Position numbers and translations under genes: made by a program
DNA from: Ruditapes philippinarum
Lineage: Eukaryota
Length of the DNA stretch: 64,000 nucleotides
NCBI RefSeq assembly: GCF_026571515.1
Contig: NW_026856866.1
Span: 124,001-188,000, forward strand
Reading direction: 5' to 3'
Shown here: one piece after another, positions 27,881 through 40,912 of the stretch
Layout: each line of letters opens with the position of its first letter
Position numbering within the stretch: position 1 is the stretch's first letter
The notes under the pieces: model-generated
Databases searched by the model: none
Seen by the model: only the letters and a program-made list of their open reading frames with translations
Told to the model about the DNA's origin: nothing

Positions 27881-28349
27881 AAGCTGTTCCACTGACCTTT
27901 GTCTACTGGTTACTAATCTCATTTATAATTTTCATTAATGTAAGTACCCGTATATAAAGACAAAGAGTTTTGCTGGTTAATACCAAAATCATGGTCAAAT
28001 TCATCGAAAACCTTTTCCTTGTTAGCACCATCAAATATCGCAGGCACCAAGAACGTGTTCATGTACACTGCTTTCGTTAATTTACACTGCTTTTGGTTGT
28101 GTAACGAGGTAATATATAAGAATGTATTATCGACCTAGTCTAGCAGACGACAAATATAGCTTAGTAACATGTCTGCAAATTTGATTTGCGACTGTTCATC
28201 AAAGAATTAATCAAATCAGCCTATTCTCTTGTCTGGGATTACAGTCAACATTCGAGGAACTATTTTCAGAGAGTGTAGACACAATCTAAACCTTAGGTTA
28301 TAAAACTATAGATTATAGACCAGTCACAAAACTGCGGCATTTGATTCAC

Positions 28350-28369
28350 TGATTGATTGATTGATTGAT
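28350..28369. repeat. (GATT)n microsatellite
   Basis: tgattgattgattgattgat. Confidence 0.85.
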
Positions 28370-30542
28370 AGATTTAGAATTGACCACTGGCTTTGTACAA
28401 TATGGAAACTGGTACCGTATCTTTATTTCATAACCATAAAATAATTTAATGGATCTTTGAATGCCTTTGTTTATTTCTTCAAAGCAAATAGCTTACTATT
28501 ACATGTATATAAAATTGTTGATTGCAAATTTAAAAAAAAACAATCGCATTTTTCTATCTTTCAACCTTGTTTTTGTGTTTGTTTACCCTCGCCACCGGAA
28601 AGAGACCATATGGGCGAGCAAAAACCTTGTTAGACTGTGAATGTAATTTTAAACTCATCTACGAACGTTTTAAATTTTCATGTTTAAAGATCCTGTAACA
28701 CAATTTTTCTATGGTTTCAAATCATAATTTATATGATGCTCAAATTGAGATTTATCAATATTGTAGGTTTCAAAAAGCATTATTTATAAAGATATTACCG
28801 AATCATGTAAATAAAGGGAGGTAATAAAAAATCAATTTTTACAATAAGAAATGAATGCATATATTTCAAAATATGCACAAATATTTGCAGTACATATTTT
28901 ACATATTCTTTGATGATTGAAAATTGTTTTATTTGCATAATTATGTACATATATATAATTTCACTTAGTGTGGTTTACCACTTTGATCACAACATACAGG
29001 ATCTCTTTAAATGTTTGATATTTCTAAAGCCGGTGTATGGGGAAACACTTACGATTAACGTCAATAATTTGCCTCACCCAAACCGGTATTGCCGCGTTCG
29101 ACGGACTTTAAGGTTTCTATTTTAATTGTAAACTAATGCAAATACGTTTAGTCTACAACATTATATTCTTAAACCTGTATTTGGAAAATTTCTTTTTTCA
29201 AGACATGTTCTTCATATTATCTTAGATATAAAATTAATATTAGAACTATTTAATCTGCTTGTTATTGAAAGAATTATATTCCATTACATGTTGGTATTTT
29301 GTGAAATGATTACACTGCATTACGTACACTTATTTTTTGCATGGTGCGCATGCGCGATTTAAATGTTTGTTTAACTAGCCACCTGTACTCTCCAGGAGAA
29401 ATTTTATTCACATGTACCAATGTGAAAAAAAAGCTATAAAAAGAGAATGTAACAAAATAAATTTTGATGCAGGAGGGTCAGGTGGTAGAAGAATGCGGAC
29501 TAGAATGCACATTAGTGACGTCACGTGAGCTGTGAATTTTGATAACAGAACATTTTATCTCGTTTTTTGGCCTTAATGTGTCATTTTTCGAATTCTAGTG
29601 GCTGTTCTAAAACCGGAAATACAACAACGTTTATGGGAAGGCTTCCATGAGCTAGTAAAGATCCTATATAAAATTTCCGCCGCTTTTTTCTTAGAAGTAA
29701 ACTGCTTTTGTGAATATTTTGAAATATAAATATGTTTAATAAAATTAAAACAATACAAGTGAGACTAACACATGTGAAAGATACAGCGAAGTCATTGAAT
29801 TTTTTTTTCAAAATGTATTGATACATAATGCCAATTACCAACAACTAATTTCGTCTCAATGTATTCATTAATAAATCAAAGCACAGCCCAATGTTACAAA
29901 GCTTTTATACAACAGCTGATACAAAATATTACAAATAAAGCAAAAAGACGAATAAACTTTAAGCAAATTTAGCTCATTCAAAAAATAATCATTGTAGTTT
30001 ATTATATATAACAACATATGTTATCCAGCTAGCTTTTTTTATCTTGTTAGTTTTTTTTAAATAAATACGGCTTATTTGCCGTACAGATGCAATATCTTTT
30101 ACTTCTTTTTCTCAGTTGGCATATTGGTTGGTAAAGTGAATAAGTTTATTGTATGGAAGAGAAAGTGCTTCTTTGTTTACATTTTACACCTTTAGGACAC
30201 ATTACTGCACATTCAGCACTACTTTCCTCAGTTGTCAAATATCTAACATGCTCTAAATCCATCATTAAAACATTATTAAGCACATGTTTGACATTTTTAA
30301 AGAATTAAGAATAATATGGATTTCGGATTCATAATGTGCCTTTAATAAGAAACATTGGTAGATATACTGAGGTGCACGTTAGTGCCTAAAATACACGATC
30401 TTCCTCCATCAGTAATAATATTATGACTAGTACAGTGTTGTTACGACACATAAAACCCAATAAAAATGCATGTATGTGATAATTTTAAACAGTCCAGTCA
30501 TTGTGAATTTTAAACATAATTATTGTGTCCATATAAACATAG

Positions 30543-30675
30543 TACAGTCTAACTTGCCCATGCGACCACGTCTTTTAAGCGATTTTTGTCTTATACGACC
30601 ACTTTAAATCCCCCCGATCATTTTCTCTCTATATCTTTAATGTATTAAGCGACTTTAGCTCAACGAGACCAGCAT
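30543..30675 (+). mobile_element. Decayed Tc1/pogo-type MITE left end
   Basis: TA followed by CAGTC.AACTTG and repeated (aa)gcgacc/acgacc subterminal units, the architecture of TA-flanked pogo/Tigger-like MITEs. No right TIR found. Confidence 0.45.
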
Positions 30676-30980
30676 GTATGTTTTATTGTGTTCTCTATAA
30701 ACATTAAGGGGACTTATAAGCTACCATTATTATATTTTATACCCATTGTAATATCAAATTTCTACCATCTCAAAGAAGTTTAATTATTGAAATATTCAGT
30801 AAAAACAAAAACCAGGATAAAATTGGGACTCAGATTTTTTATGACGTCAGTCTTTTTCGAGCGCGAAAGGAGGCTTTGCAATGTTTCTACCAATCAAAAG
30901 TTAAGGATATTCGGATTAAATGATATACGAATACTCACACTTGCTACGCCCTTATTACACTCAATACATTAAATAAATCA

Positions 30981-31150
30981 ACGTTTCCATCTTTCAATCT
31001 GGACAATATCATTTATTTTAGGAGGAAAATAAATATTGACTGTATAGCAAACAGTGCAGTCCATGATAAGACAGGACATATGTGCCAGCTGATCTTGGTC
31101 TGCTTTGGTTGCATGGGTAGAAACCGTTGTCGCTAGCAGACTTAAGGTTA
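30981..31150 (+). mobile_element. Decayed non-autonomous DNA element carrying the 70-bp hairpin core, ending ...AAGGTTA
   Basis: 31044-31113 aligns ungapped (44/70 by hand) with the MITE arm at 49111-49180; the terminus resembles the AAGGGTTAA end at 62584-62592. Confidence 0.55.
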
Positions 31151-32147
31151 CGTAAGATAAAACAAACGATAACATTCTTTTAGTGAATTTTCTATGACAT
31201 TAAACCTCGGAAACGTATTTCCAGAGTGATATACAATATAATCATTTAAAGTACCTATGAGATAAATTAATTGAAATATCTGATTGGTAGTTTTGACCTC
31301 AAATTTGAGGGACTTATAGCGTCACGGATACACGTTGTCACAATTGTTTACAGAAGATTTATGTTTAAGTTATGAAAATAGTCAGAACGATTTGAATGAC
31401 GTCAATACTTCAAGTTAACCTTAAGTTTAAACCTAAAGATATCTTTAAAAAGACAAAGCCTTGTTTGCACAATATGAATCACTTTCACGAGTTTGCCTCT
31501 TTTTCCTTTGACCGAAACAATGCTTTTAATGCATGATTTGAAACTCAAATACAATGTATGTGTAAACTAAATACAACCAATTTTTCTTATAAAAGTAAAA
31601 GGAATGTAGCACAAAGTTAATTCCAGTATTCTTTAAAAAATGTACACAAGACGTGTCCGAGACCATCCACATTTTCCTTTTTTATGTCCAAGAGCAACAA
31701 GTCATGTCATAGCCGAAACAAAACTATAGATAGGACGAAACTAGGGTATGTAAGCTTAGAAAACTTTGATTTAAAAATAACTGGCAATATAGTATATAAC
31801 AGCGTGTAGTTTATGTAAGCTATGTATAATTTAAAACATGGTTTTCAATTTCTATTACATTAACTATGTTACATGTATATGATGACTACTAGTATATTCT
31901 AAAAACATTCTTATCAACATATGCACTGCTTAATAAGGCATTTTAATGTAATAATTATTTCGGCATCAAAACATTCTATGTTTGTGGCATGAAGTAAACA
32001 AAACTATACTAAGTTTTTCTGTGCAAAAATTAATAAAAAATTTTTTTGAAAAAATCATATGAAATAATGTCACAACAATAGATACCATAACATTTAGGCA
32101 ATAACTAATATAAACCAAGAGCAAGACTTCAAGAATAGCTTTGTAAT

Positions 32148-32242
32148 AGAAAGAGCATCGAAACACGAGGCTATCTGATTTGTACGAGGGGGCGTAGCCC
32201 CCGAGTATAAATTAGATTGCCGAGTGTTTTGATGTTCTTTCT
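32148..32242 (+). repeat. 95-nt imperfect inverted repeat (46-bp arms, GTA loop)
   Basis: Ungapped arms: 37/46 Watson-Crick, 4 G-T, two tandem GA/GA, 1 T-T; apex GGGGGC-GTA-GCCCCC. Confidence 0.92.
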
Positions 32243-34599
32243 CTTTTGTATCATAGTCAAACATAAAAACACGTTCCCTGATACCAAAATATGAAACCCC
32301 ACAAAAAAGTAACCAATGACCGAGCATGTTTCCATCGCGTATCCTTTCTCTGTCGTAATAATATGTAAACCCCGGACAAAATGAACCAATCAATGGGCAT
32401 GATCTGGAGTGCGGGTAACTGATACCTGCACTCCAGTTACCGCACTGTGCATGTATATGTATACGATTTAACTCTGACACATTTTCAACAGAAAGGTCCC
32501 CAAACTATGATACAATGATATATATATCATATTATATTTGACGCAGAACAAAATGGAATAGACCAAAAAAAATTCAACCAACAGTGTCTACTTATGTCGT
32601 TTTTCTTGCCTTCACTTTAGACTTAAAATTCTTAAATGTTTAAATGCACACATATTTTGATATTTTCTATGTATTAAATAAACGCTGCTGCATTTGTACA
32701 TAAACTATGAAAACAGAGATTAAAAAGTAAGAGCGGCTTTTAACGAATGTATACCCCAACATAACCAAGCAACACAGGACCACCGACAAGGAGCACAGTA
32801 GGACACTTAACAAAACAAACAACACAAGTACAAGGGCAAAGGACGGACGGACATTCACCACAAACAACTGAATAAGCTGTTGAAAACGATGTTAATATAC
32901 ACCAAACTTTCAAAGTAAAGTTTCAAGTAAAGCCCCTTAAACTTCAGTAAAAACTACCCTCCTCCCTTTAATTGATCTCAATTAGTTAAATGTGTTTCTG
33001 GAATTCCAGCAGCTGTTGCATGTGCCGCTTCGTACCACCCAGACCTCGCCCGCCACTATAAAAAGTCGCCTTATAGTCTATTATTTACTGACTACCAAAT
33101 CACATTCGTTAATCCATACATACATTAAGGACTGCAGGTAATTGGTAATTAATTAATAAATATTCCCAATTTATGTAACACTGCTTCAATTACTTTTAAG
33201 TGATCCGTATCATTAAATGAGTGAAAATAAACTTCAATGAAAAGACAGTTGGGACAAAATTAAGAATCATCAAACACAAGAATAGAACGCCTACGAAGTG
33301 AAAACACAACATTTATTTCGAAGATTAGAAATGAAAACAGCTTCGGACATATTTAAATCTGTCTTATCTGGGAAGACATGTATATGTACTAGAAGTATGC
33401 ACGGGTCAAGTTAATGACATGAATATATTTCTAACTGTATAATTGCAAAAGGAACAATAGATGGAATGGAAGTCTAATACAGTTCTAATGATTTATGGAT
33501 ATTTCCATGTGGAAATTGAAATATTTATAAAAACATGACAAAAGGCGATTCCTTTACCGTTATGCTGCTAAGAGAACTCAGAGTAGCCTCTGAGAACACA
33601 TTGGTAACAGGACAGACACCGAGTACCTTAGCGTCTTGCCAAGTACCAACATTGTTTAAAAGCCATTTTTTGCATCCTTTTATTTTCTTATTACCTTCCA
33701 TGGAGAAGAAGGGGAAAATCAGACGACAGGTTGGAGGCGCCAATTTTCACAGCATGCAAAGAACCAACTGAAACAATACACCAAACATGTGGAACAAGCT
33801 TCAGAACAGATAATTTACAAATGGCATAACAAAGTTACCGAATTTATAAAAGTTTTATACTTTCTGGCAGTAGAAACAATTATTGGAGCAGTTACAATAT
33901 GGGTGGTTTTGCATTAATTTAACGAGTATATTAATTTGTGTAAGTACATCATATATGTTTTACTGTCACAATGTTCAATGCACCAACATTTTAACATTTC
34001 AGAAAAAAACTGGAAAGAAGTTTTCAGTAATGTAAAAGTTATATGTACAAATGTGCATGGATTTAAGTTTTTACATGAAAAGGCTAAACTTTTGGATGAA
34101 CTTTTGATAATAGAGTTCACGAAATCAATTCCCTATCGAATATATATGTCTAGATAATATTTTTTTATTAAACATTGTTCTGTAACACAATCCAGATGTC
34201 GCCAAGGATATGGATTTGTTTACGAAGTTTATGGCCGTCTATTTTGTAACAAAATATGCCCGAAGAAAAGCAACATAATAAACGGGAAGGGTGCCTGTGA
34301 TGTCTATATACACTTTATGAAAAAACATATCTTCCATTGATTCTATTGACATAATTTTATACTACATGTATACAAACAAAAATATAGAACAAAAGTCATC
34401 ATACGAGTCTTTAAATTATCAGTTTTAAGCAGTCTTTGATAATAATGAAGGTATCGAAATTTGTCCAGTAATATACGATTAAAAGTAATTAATTTGATAT
34501 ATTTGAAGAATTCTTAAAACTAAAGAAAATATGGCCTGATTATGTAAAATATGATAAACAAGATCAACAAGGAAAGGCGGCGTTCATGTAAGTCATGGA

Positions 34600-34835
34600 A
34601 TGTCAGTAACGTGTCACATTGAATATACCATGATAACCGCCGTATGAACACATCTGCGGATGTTTTTTAATTCAGAATTTCAGCATTACCATGATTAAAT
34701 GTTGAATTCTGCTTAAGCCGATGCTAGTGGACATTTACCAGTACCGTCCATGAACAGGCTCAATCAAACCGAGCCTGCAACAGTTTCAATTTTTGTCGTT
34801 TTGGGCATTCTTTAGGGATTCCGTTTTTATCTATT
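34600..34835 (+). repeat. Dispersed repeat family A, copy 1
   Basis: Collinear with 39063-39320, sharing tgataaccgcc.tatgaacacatct and cagtaccgtccatgaacaggctcaatcaaac. Confidence 0.85.
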
Positions 34836-36961
34836 TTATTAGCGAGCTCGAAGAGCTGGCTTGAAGGGCCTGCTCGCAAAGCGAGCTTTACAGTAACGCG
34901 AATACCTGCTAGATAGTGATGGTTTTGAAAACTTTCGTCGGAAGTACTGAATTGACACATCGCAACTTTTCGAATTACAAGAAAACCGGTAACAGCCGAG
35001 GAATCTGATTCAAAACGGATGCGTTGACTGGTGTCCTGCGCACTTTTATAGGAATCATAATAAGACAGGGAACCAGAATAAACGGAATCAGTGAATAAAT
35101 AACCGAATGACAGTTTTAAAACGGAAAATGTAAAAGAAAATAAAAAAAAAAAAAAAAACGATTATTTTATACTATTTCAAGGTAAAAGTAAATCGAGCTC
35201 GTTTTGAGGCTTTGCCTTTTTCATATTAAGCATAACATGTATTTTTAAGTTTGCGGTCGGCGTTGATAGTCAAAACAAAACTTTGTTTATACTCTGATGA
35301 CAAATCAAATAACTTTAAAATATTTAAAGCAATCAAAGACTCCGATCAAATTGTTTGATTATTTCAGTTAATTGGACTCAGGTCCCAATGCAATAATTAA
35401 AGACGGAATTCACTGAGCTGCATGCTCTCGATGGGATATCACCTGGTTTGTTGAACCAAACCATAAATAAAACATTAATTTAAAACATCCGTACACATAA
35501 CATATAAATATGGTCTAATTAATTAACTGAATTGGATACAAACATTCATGGCGATTACCTATTGCAATGGACTTGGCTTTGAACACATATTGTTAAATAA
35601 ATGTGACATAGTAACATTTGAATGGTAAAGTGTCGTTGGCATTTCTACTTGTTATTTATATTTCCCGATCGTATTACCGAATAATGTTCTATGTACGAAG
35701 TTTAGTTTACGCATTCGTTTATTAATGCACTTTTAAAATGCTGACAAACTAGAGAAAGATGGTGTTCAATTAACATTTGTCATTTTTTCTGTATTATATC
35801 TAAACAAGAGAGTGCCCAAATTTGAGCAAACAAAAACAACACCTTTTCGACTAACCCTCGGTAGAATTTCATTGTACATTATGTTTTCCGAGGTCGGAAC
35901 AAAATGCAATGATTCGCCCTATATCTTTACCCTTTCTTCTGTCTTTAAATAAATGTTAAAATGCAAGTCTTTGAGCATGGTAGTTTATAACGGATTTTCG
36001 GGATCATTGCAAGCAACACATATTATTCTTAATGTTGGCTGTGACTGTTTTATTTACTCAGCCCAAACTTATCTACCATTTTCTACTGATTACTTTGCTA
36101 CATTCCTATAAACAAATCATATTTCTTTCTAGACTTTTTTCTAGAAAACACGGTTAATTAGATGACGTATCCTTACGTGTCTTGAAAAAAAATGGAGTAC
36201 AACTTGGCGTTTGCATTCGTGACATTGATAGTAATTTTGAAATATATTAGACAATAACATTTCTTTTTTCCTATCTGAAACGTGCTTTAACATAATCTCA
36301 CATCAGTCACAGCTCTCCTATTCAAATAACAGCCGTTAAAATCTTAAAATGATATTTGAAATATATTTTGCTTCTTCAGAGTTTTATTCTTTGCAATCAT
36401 TTAGTCACATATATTCATAAGAAAAATATAATGACATTTTAAATTTCATTAAGCCGCATAAAAGATTATACTAAGCAATCTTTTTTGTGTAAATGATTAT
36501 ATTCTTCATAATGAAATTAAATCGTAAAATGGCCGAATGTTTGTTTGTTAGTCTTTACTTTTGTTGAGCTTAATTTGCACCTAATACTACCTGAGGGCTT
36601 ATTTTCATTATTAACAAATATTTTCCAGTATATCACATTAAACAAAATGAAAGCAATTAAATTATAATATGCCACCATTCTTAATATTCCTGATTAAATA
36701 ATCCAATTGTCATATATTTGTTATGACACAAAGATAACAAGTTTAATTTCAGTAAGAAATATCAAAAAGAACATATTGAAATGGAATTATACATACTCAT
36801 TTTTTCTTCTTTACTTTGTAGAAACTAGCATTTACAAGTAATTGGATCTCGTGAAAGCAATTAATAAATTTGTAGAAATCTAGGTATCAAAGAAAGACAA
36901 TATAACAATGACATTGAAATAATAAATTGAAAATAATGAAAATAGAGCTTTGAAAAGAAAT

Positions 36962-37185
36962 GAGCCGTGTCATGACAAAACCAACATAATGGGTTTGCGA
37001 CCAGCATGGATCCAGACTCTACTTTACTTTATCAGGATCCATGCTGTTCGCTATCAGTTTCTCTACTTGTAATAGAGTTGGTAAGCGAACAGCATGGATC
37101 CTGATCAGACTGCGTGGATGCGCAGGCTGGTCTGGATCCATGCTGGTCGCAAACACACTATGATGGTTTTGTCGTGACACGGCTT
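36962..37185. mobile_element. Palindromic Sola-like MITE, copy 1 (224 bp, internal replacement in left arm)
   Basis: GAGCCGTGTCATGAC...GTCGTGACACGGCTT termini, flanked on both sides by AAAT (4-bp TSD). Confidence 0.9.
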
Positions 37186-38116
37186 AAATCATAGGTTGTG
37201 AGTTTAGAACCTGCGACAGAGATGACATGACGGAGGGAAGTCAAAAACGATTCGACAAAATGCACCTGACATCAGAATTGGCAATGTACAAGTATATTGA
37301 AATTAGGATAACAATTGTAACATACAGCAAAATAATAAATTCCAAAACAGAGTAAAATTAAAGGAGATTGTTCTTTCCGAACAATTGTTTCTAAGAATTT
37401 AAATTCATTCTGGAAAAAATTGAATTAACTTATATCTGAATCACCAAGTCTTTTATTGTACATTTCCCTGTCCCGATACAACAAAACTGAATTTCAAGTT
37501 CAGTTATTCAGACGGCTTTGATTTGAAGTAACACTAATATTTTTAAAGCAGTTTACATCTAGCTTTTTTTTAATATACATATTTGATACATGGCTTGTGA
37601 AGAATATGGTGCACTGAACAAAGTTCAAAGTATCTGGAGAATTCGGGCTTTACACAAAAGATGCGATGCCCAAAAGAAAAGCCAATTAGATGATCAAATA
37701 TTACAACATAATAAATACCCAAATGAAAAATGTATGCCCTGCAAATATTATAGCTGACCATGCAATTTTACTCCGTGAGTTTTGACGACGCATGTCTCGG
37801 AAATGCATGGACAAACAATGCATCGAAGTAATTGTTACAAATTATTTCTTACGTACTTATATGAAGATTTGTCAACGAAGAAGTTCCGTATGACAAACCA
37901 AGAACAAAACATTTACGAAACATATTGATAAGTTAATTCTACATTTTAATATATAAATTCAGGAATTTCAAACAGCCGAACAGTGAATGGACATTGACGC
38001 TTTGGTGGCTAAAGCCAAAGTCTTCAATAATAAAACTGACAGTGTTTTAAAAGACCTCTGAAACTGAAACATTGTAACATCACTCACGAATTGCAGAGAT
38101 TATTACATTTATAATT

Positions 38117-38351
38117 GAGCCGCGTCATGACAAAACCAACGTAATGGGTTTGCGACCAGCATGGATCCAGACCAGCCTGAGCATCCGCGCAGTCTGATCA
38201 GGATCCATGCTGTTCGCTTACCAACTCTATTACAAGTAGAGAAACTGATAGCGAACATCATAGATCCTGATCAGACTGCGCGGATGCGCAGACTGGGATG
38301 GATCCATGCTGGTCTCAAACCCATTATGTTGGTTTTGTTGTGACGCGGCTC
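38117..38351. mobile_element. Palindromic Sola-like MITE, copy 2 (235 bp)
   Basis: GAGCC...GGCTC termini, about 100-bp inverted arms, flanks AATT/ATTT. Confidence 0.92.
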
Positions 38352-39062
38352 ATTTATATTATACAGTCCTAAAAATGAGACAGGAATTATGACGATACTA
38401 ACTGACTTTAATCATATAATTTATGCGTAATTACTCGTACAATGCCATTTCAAAATATTATTTTCATATTACACAATGTATATTATAACAAAGGGGAGAA
38501 ATTAACATAAAATGACAAATTCTTAAAAATAAACCTTAGCTTACAGGGATGCTTTGAATTGATATTGAGACTGAAACATACAAAAAACAAAAACAAATTA
38601 TTTTATAGTCTAATCTTTACAAATAAAATTTATTTTCCTGTATAATATGAACACATTTCATTATACTAAATTATCAATTGATTACTTTCTTGATAAATTA
38701 TTCATCATGTACCGCTAAAGTAAATTCATGAATACATAATATATCATGCATATGAGTACTGTTCCAGAGCAGCCACAAGTAAGATAGGGGAAATTCAATT
38801 ATAAGTACAAATTAAATTATAGTTTTTCTTTCATTTGGATATTCTCATATAACAGATCGCTGTTTCTACGAACTTCGCAGATTTTTTTTCATAACAATTT
38901 CAAGGCATTGCTCTTATCCCATAGTATTTTCAAGAATTGCAGTAAGCTAAATGTCTAAACAAATTCAACAAATCTTTTTACAGGTTCACAAAAATATAAC
39001 ATAGTACAATGACGCGACTAATAAATAGCAACATTGAAATAATGTAAAACAGTAAACTTTGA

Positions 39063-39320
39063 CAATGCCAGTGCCTGTGAATTTGTGTCGGCTTTGTGTG
39101 ATAACCGCCATATGAACACATCTTCGATGTTTCTAAATTCAAAAATTCACCATTTTCATGTTTAAAAGTTGAATTTTGTTTAAGCCGGTGCTAGGAGGCG
39201 TGGACGGTAACTTGCACTTTTCAGTACCGTCCATGAACAGGCTCAATCAAACAGAGTATGCATCATTTTTAATTTTGTCGTTTTGGTTGTTCTTTAAGTA
39301 TTGTGGTTTTTTTTCTCTAT
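39063..39320 (+). repeat. Dispersed repeat family A, copy 2
   Basis: Homologous to 34600-34835; retains the TGGACGGTA...TACCGTCCA stem. Confidence 0.85.
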
Positions 39321-40008
39321 TATATGACATTTAAAGGGTAGTTACTGGAAAGCGGTGTCACCCTACACATGTTTTGATTTATATTACTGATTCGTTATTA
39401 TTGTAACTGAAATGAAATAATAATTGTAAAAGATTTAGTAATAGATGTAAGAATAATTGTGACATTTAGTTCTAGTTGCTTTTGAGCTTACTTTTTATTT
39501 TAAAAAGATTCATTTTTGTTATCACTTTTCGTGTCATATATTTAAATTATATTTTGATATTAAGTAATTATTTCATCCAATAGGACTTTCTATCTGGCGA
39601 TGACTTGAATATTTTTGTCACCTTGGTGGGCTTTATCATTAAAGTTTGCAATTATGATTATGTCAAACTCACCCTGGTATATTTAACTATGGTAGCAATT
39701 TTCAAACTATTTGCTTTACAAAAGTCGATTAAATTTGGATCATCAAAGGGTCTTACTCCAACTTGTGGACGTCTTAACTGAGCGATAAGATCTTAGTTTG
39801 ATGAAATATTTGACAAAATAAATAAATAATATTAATTTGATAGCGTTTCATATTTTTCTACTGAATTATTAGATCTATCATTCACTTATTATATATAATG
39901 TGATATAAATATACGAATTTTAAAAGTAATGTTATATATGTCAATGAACAAATTAGTTAGGCGTATAACACAAGACGTTGCTGAAGATTCTTAAAAGAAA
40001 ATATAATT

Positions 40009-40149
40009 GAGCCGCGTCATGACAAAACCAACATAATGGGTTTGCGACCAGCATGGATCCAGAACAGCCTGCGCATCCGCGCAGTCTGATCAGGATCCAT
40101 GCTGTTCGCTTACAAACCCTATAACAAGTGGAGAAACTTATAGCGAACA
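40009..40149. mobile_element. Palindromic Sola-like MITE, copy 3 (truncated: left arm plus spacer)
   Basis: AATT|GAGCCGCGTCATGAC start; similarity stops about 9 nt into the right arm. Confidence 0.9.
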
Positions 40150-40912
40150 CATCAATGAGTCAATTGAACTAAGACCATGCATTCAAAAACTGCAAGAAAC
40201 CATAAAAAAATATATTTTATAAACTTTCTACGAAAAGTGGGTAAAAACCTTGTTAATGTGTTAATGCATATCTAAACAGAAAGAAATCTTTGTTTAATCG
40301 TTAAAATATTTTTGTTTATAACAGAAGACTAAATTTTTCCCCCTTACGTCTTAAGATTTAAATTTTTATGTTAATTTAGGTCAATATAGATATGTACATT
40401 GTTTTGTACCATACACGACTATTTATACTGCAATATTGATGATGTTTATAGCATAATAATAATTTCATGTATACTATTATTAATGTATATATATTTCAGG
40501 CGACTTGTTCCATTGGGCTTGGTGTTATATTAAATTATTTATTTTCGTTATTTGTAAATTTCCATGGACATGTCACTTTAATAAAATATTTACTTACTTA
40601 TACTTAAAATAAAAGCAATAAAGGAATGAAATATAATATCGGTACAACTATCTTTTTTACTTAGATTTATTTTAAATGAAATATATAAATTCCTGGTTGC
40701 TTCAATTATTTTAGATTTCAGAGTGTTAAGAATTAAGAATTGAAGTTTTTTAAAATATCAAGGAGCGAAAGATTTATTTTATTATAAGTTAAATTGATTG
40801 TAAATTAAGATGTGCCCAGAAATGCCTGTTATAAAATCATGTAAATATATTTATTTTGCGAAATCATATCAGTTGTTGTTTTTTCTGAAGTATATAAAAT
40901 GATTGTACGTAC

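Noticed and set aside
33200-34500. Possible decayed transposase-like coding region
   Set aside because: Several frames look equally protein-like, and no DDE, zinc-finger or other motif could be identified.
38161-38343. 60-aa ORF (also 39953..40150 and 30978..31175)
   Set aside because: Chance frames within non-coding MITE sequence.
39185-39233. Hairpin followed by CTAG on the minus strand as a Helitron 3' end
   Set aside because: Homology between the two repeat copies continues past CTAG and the next base is not T, so it is not an element boundary.
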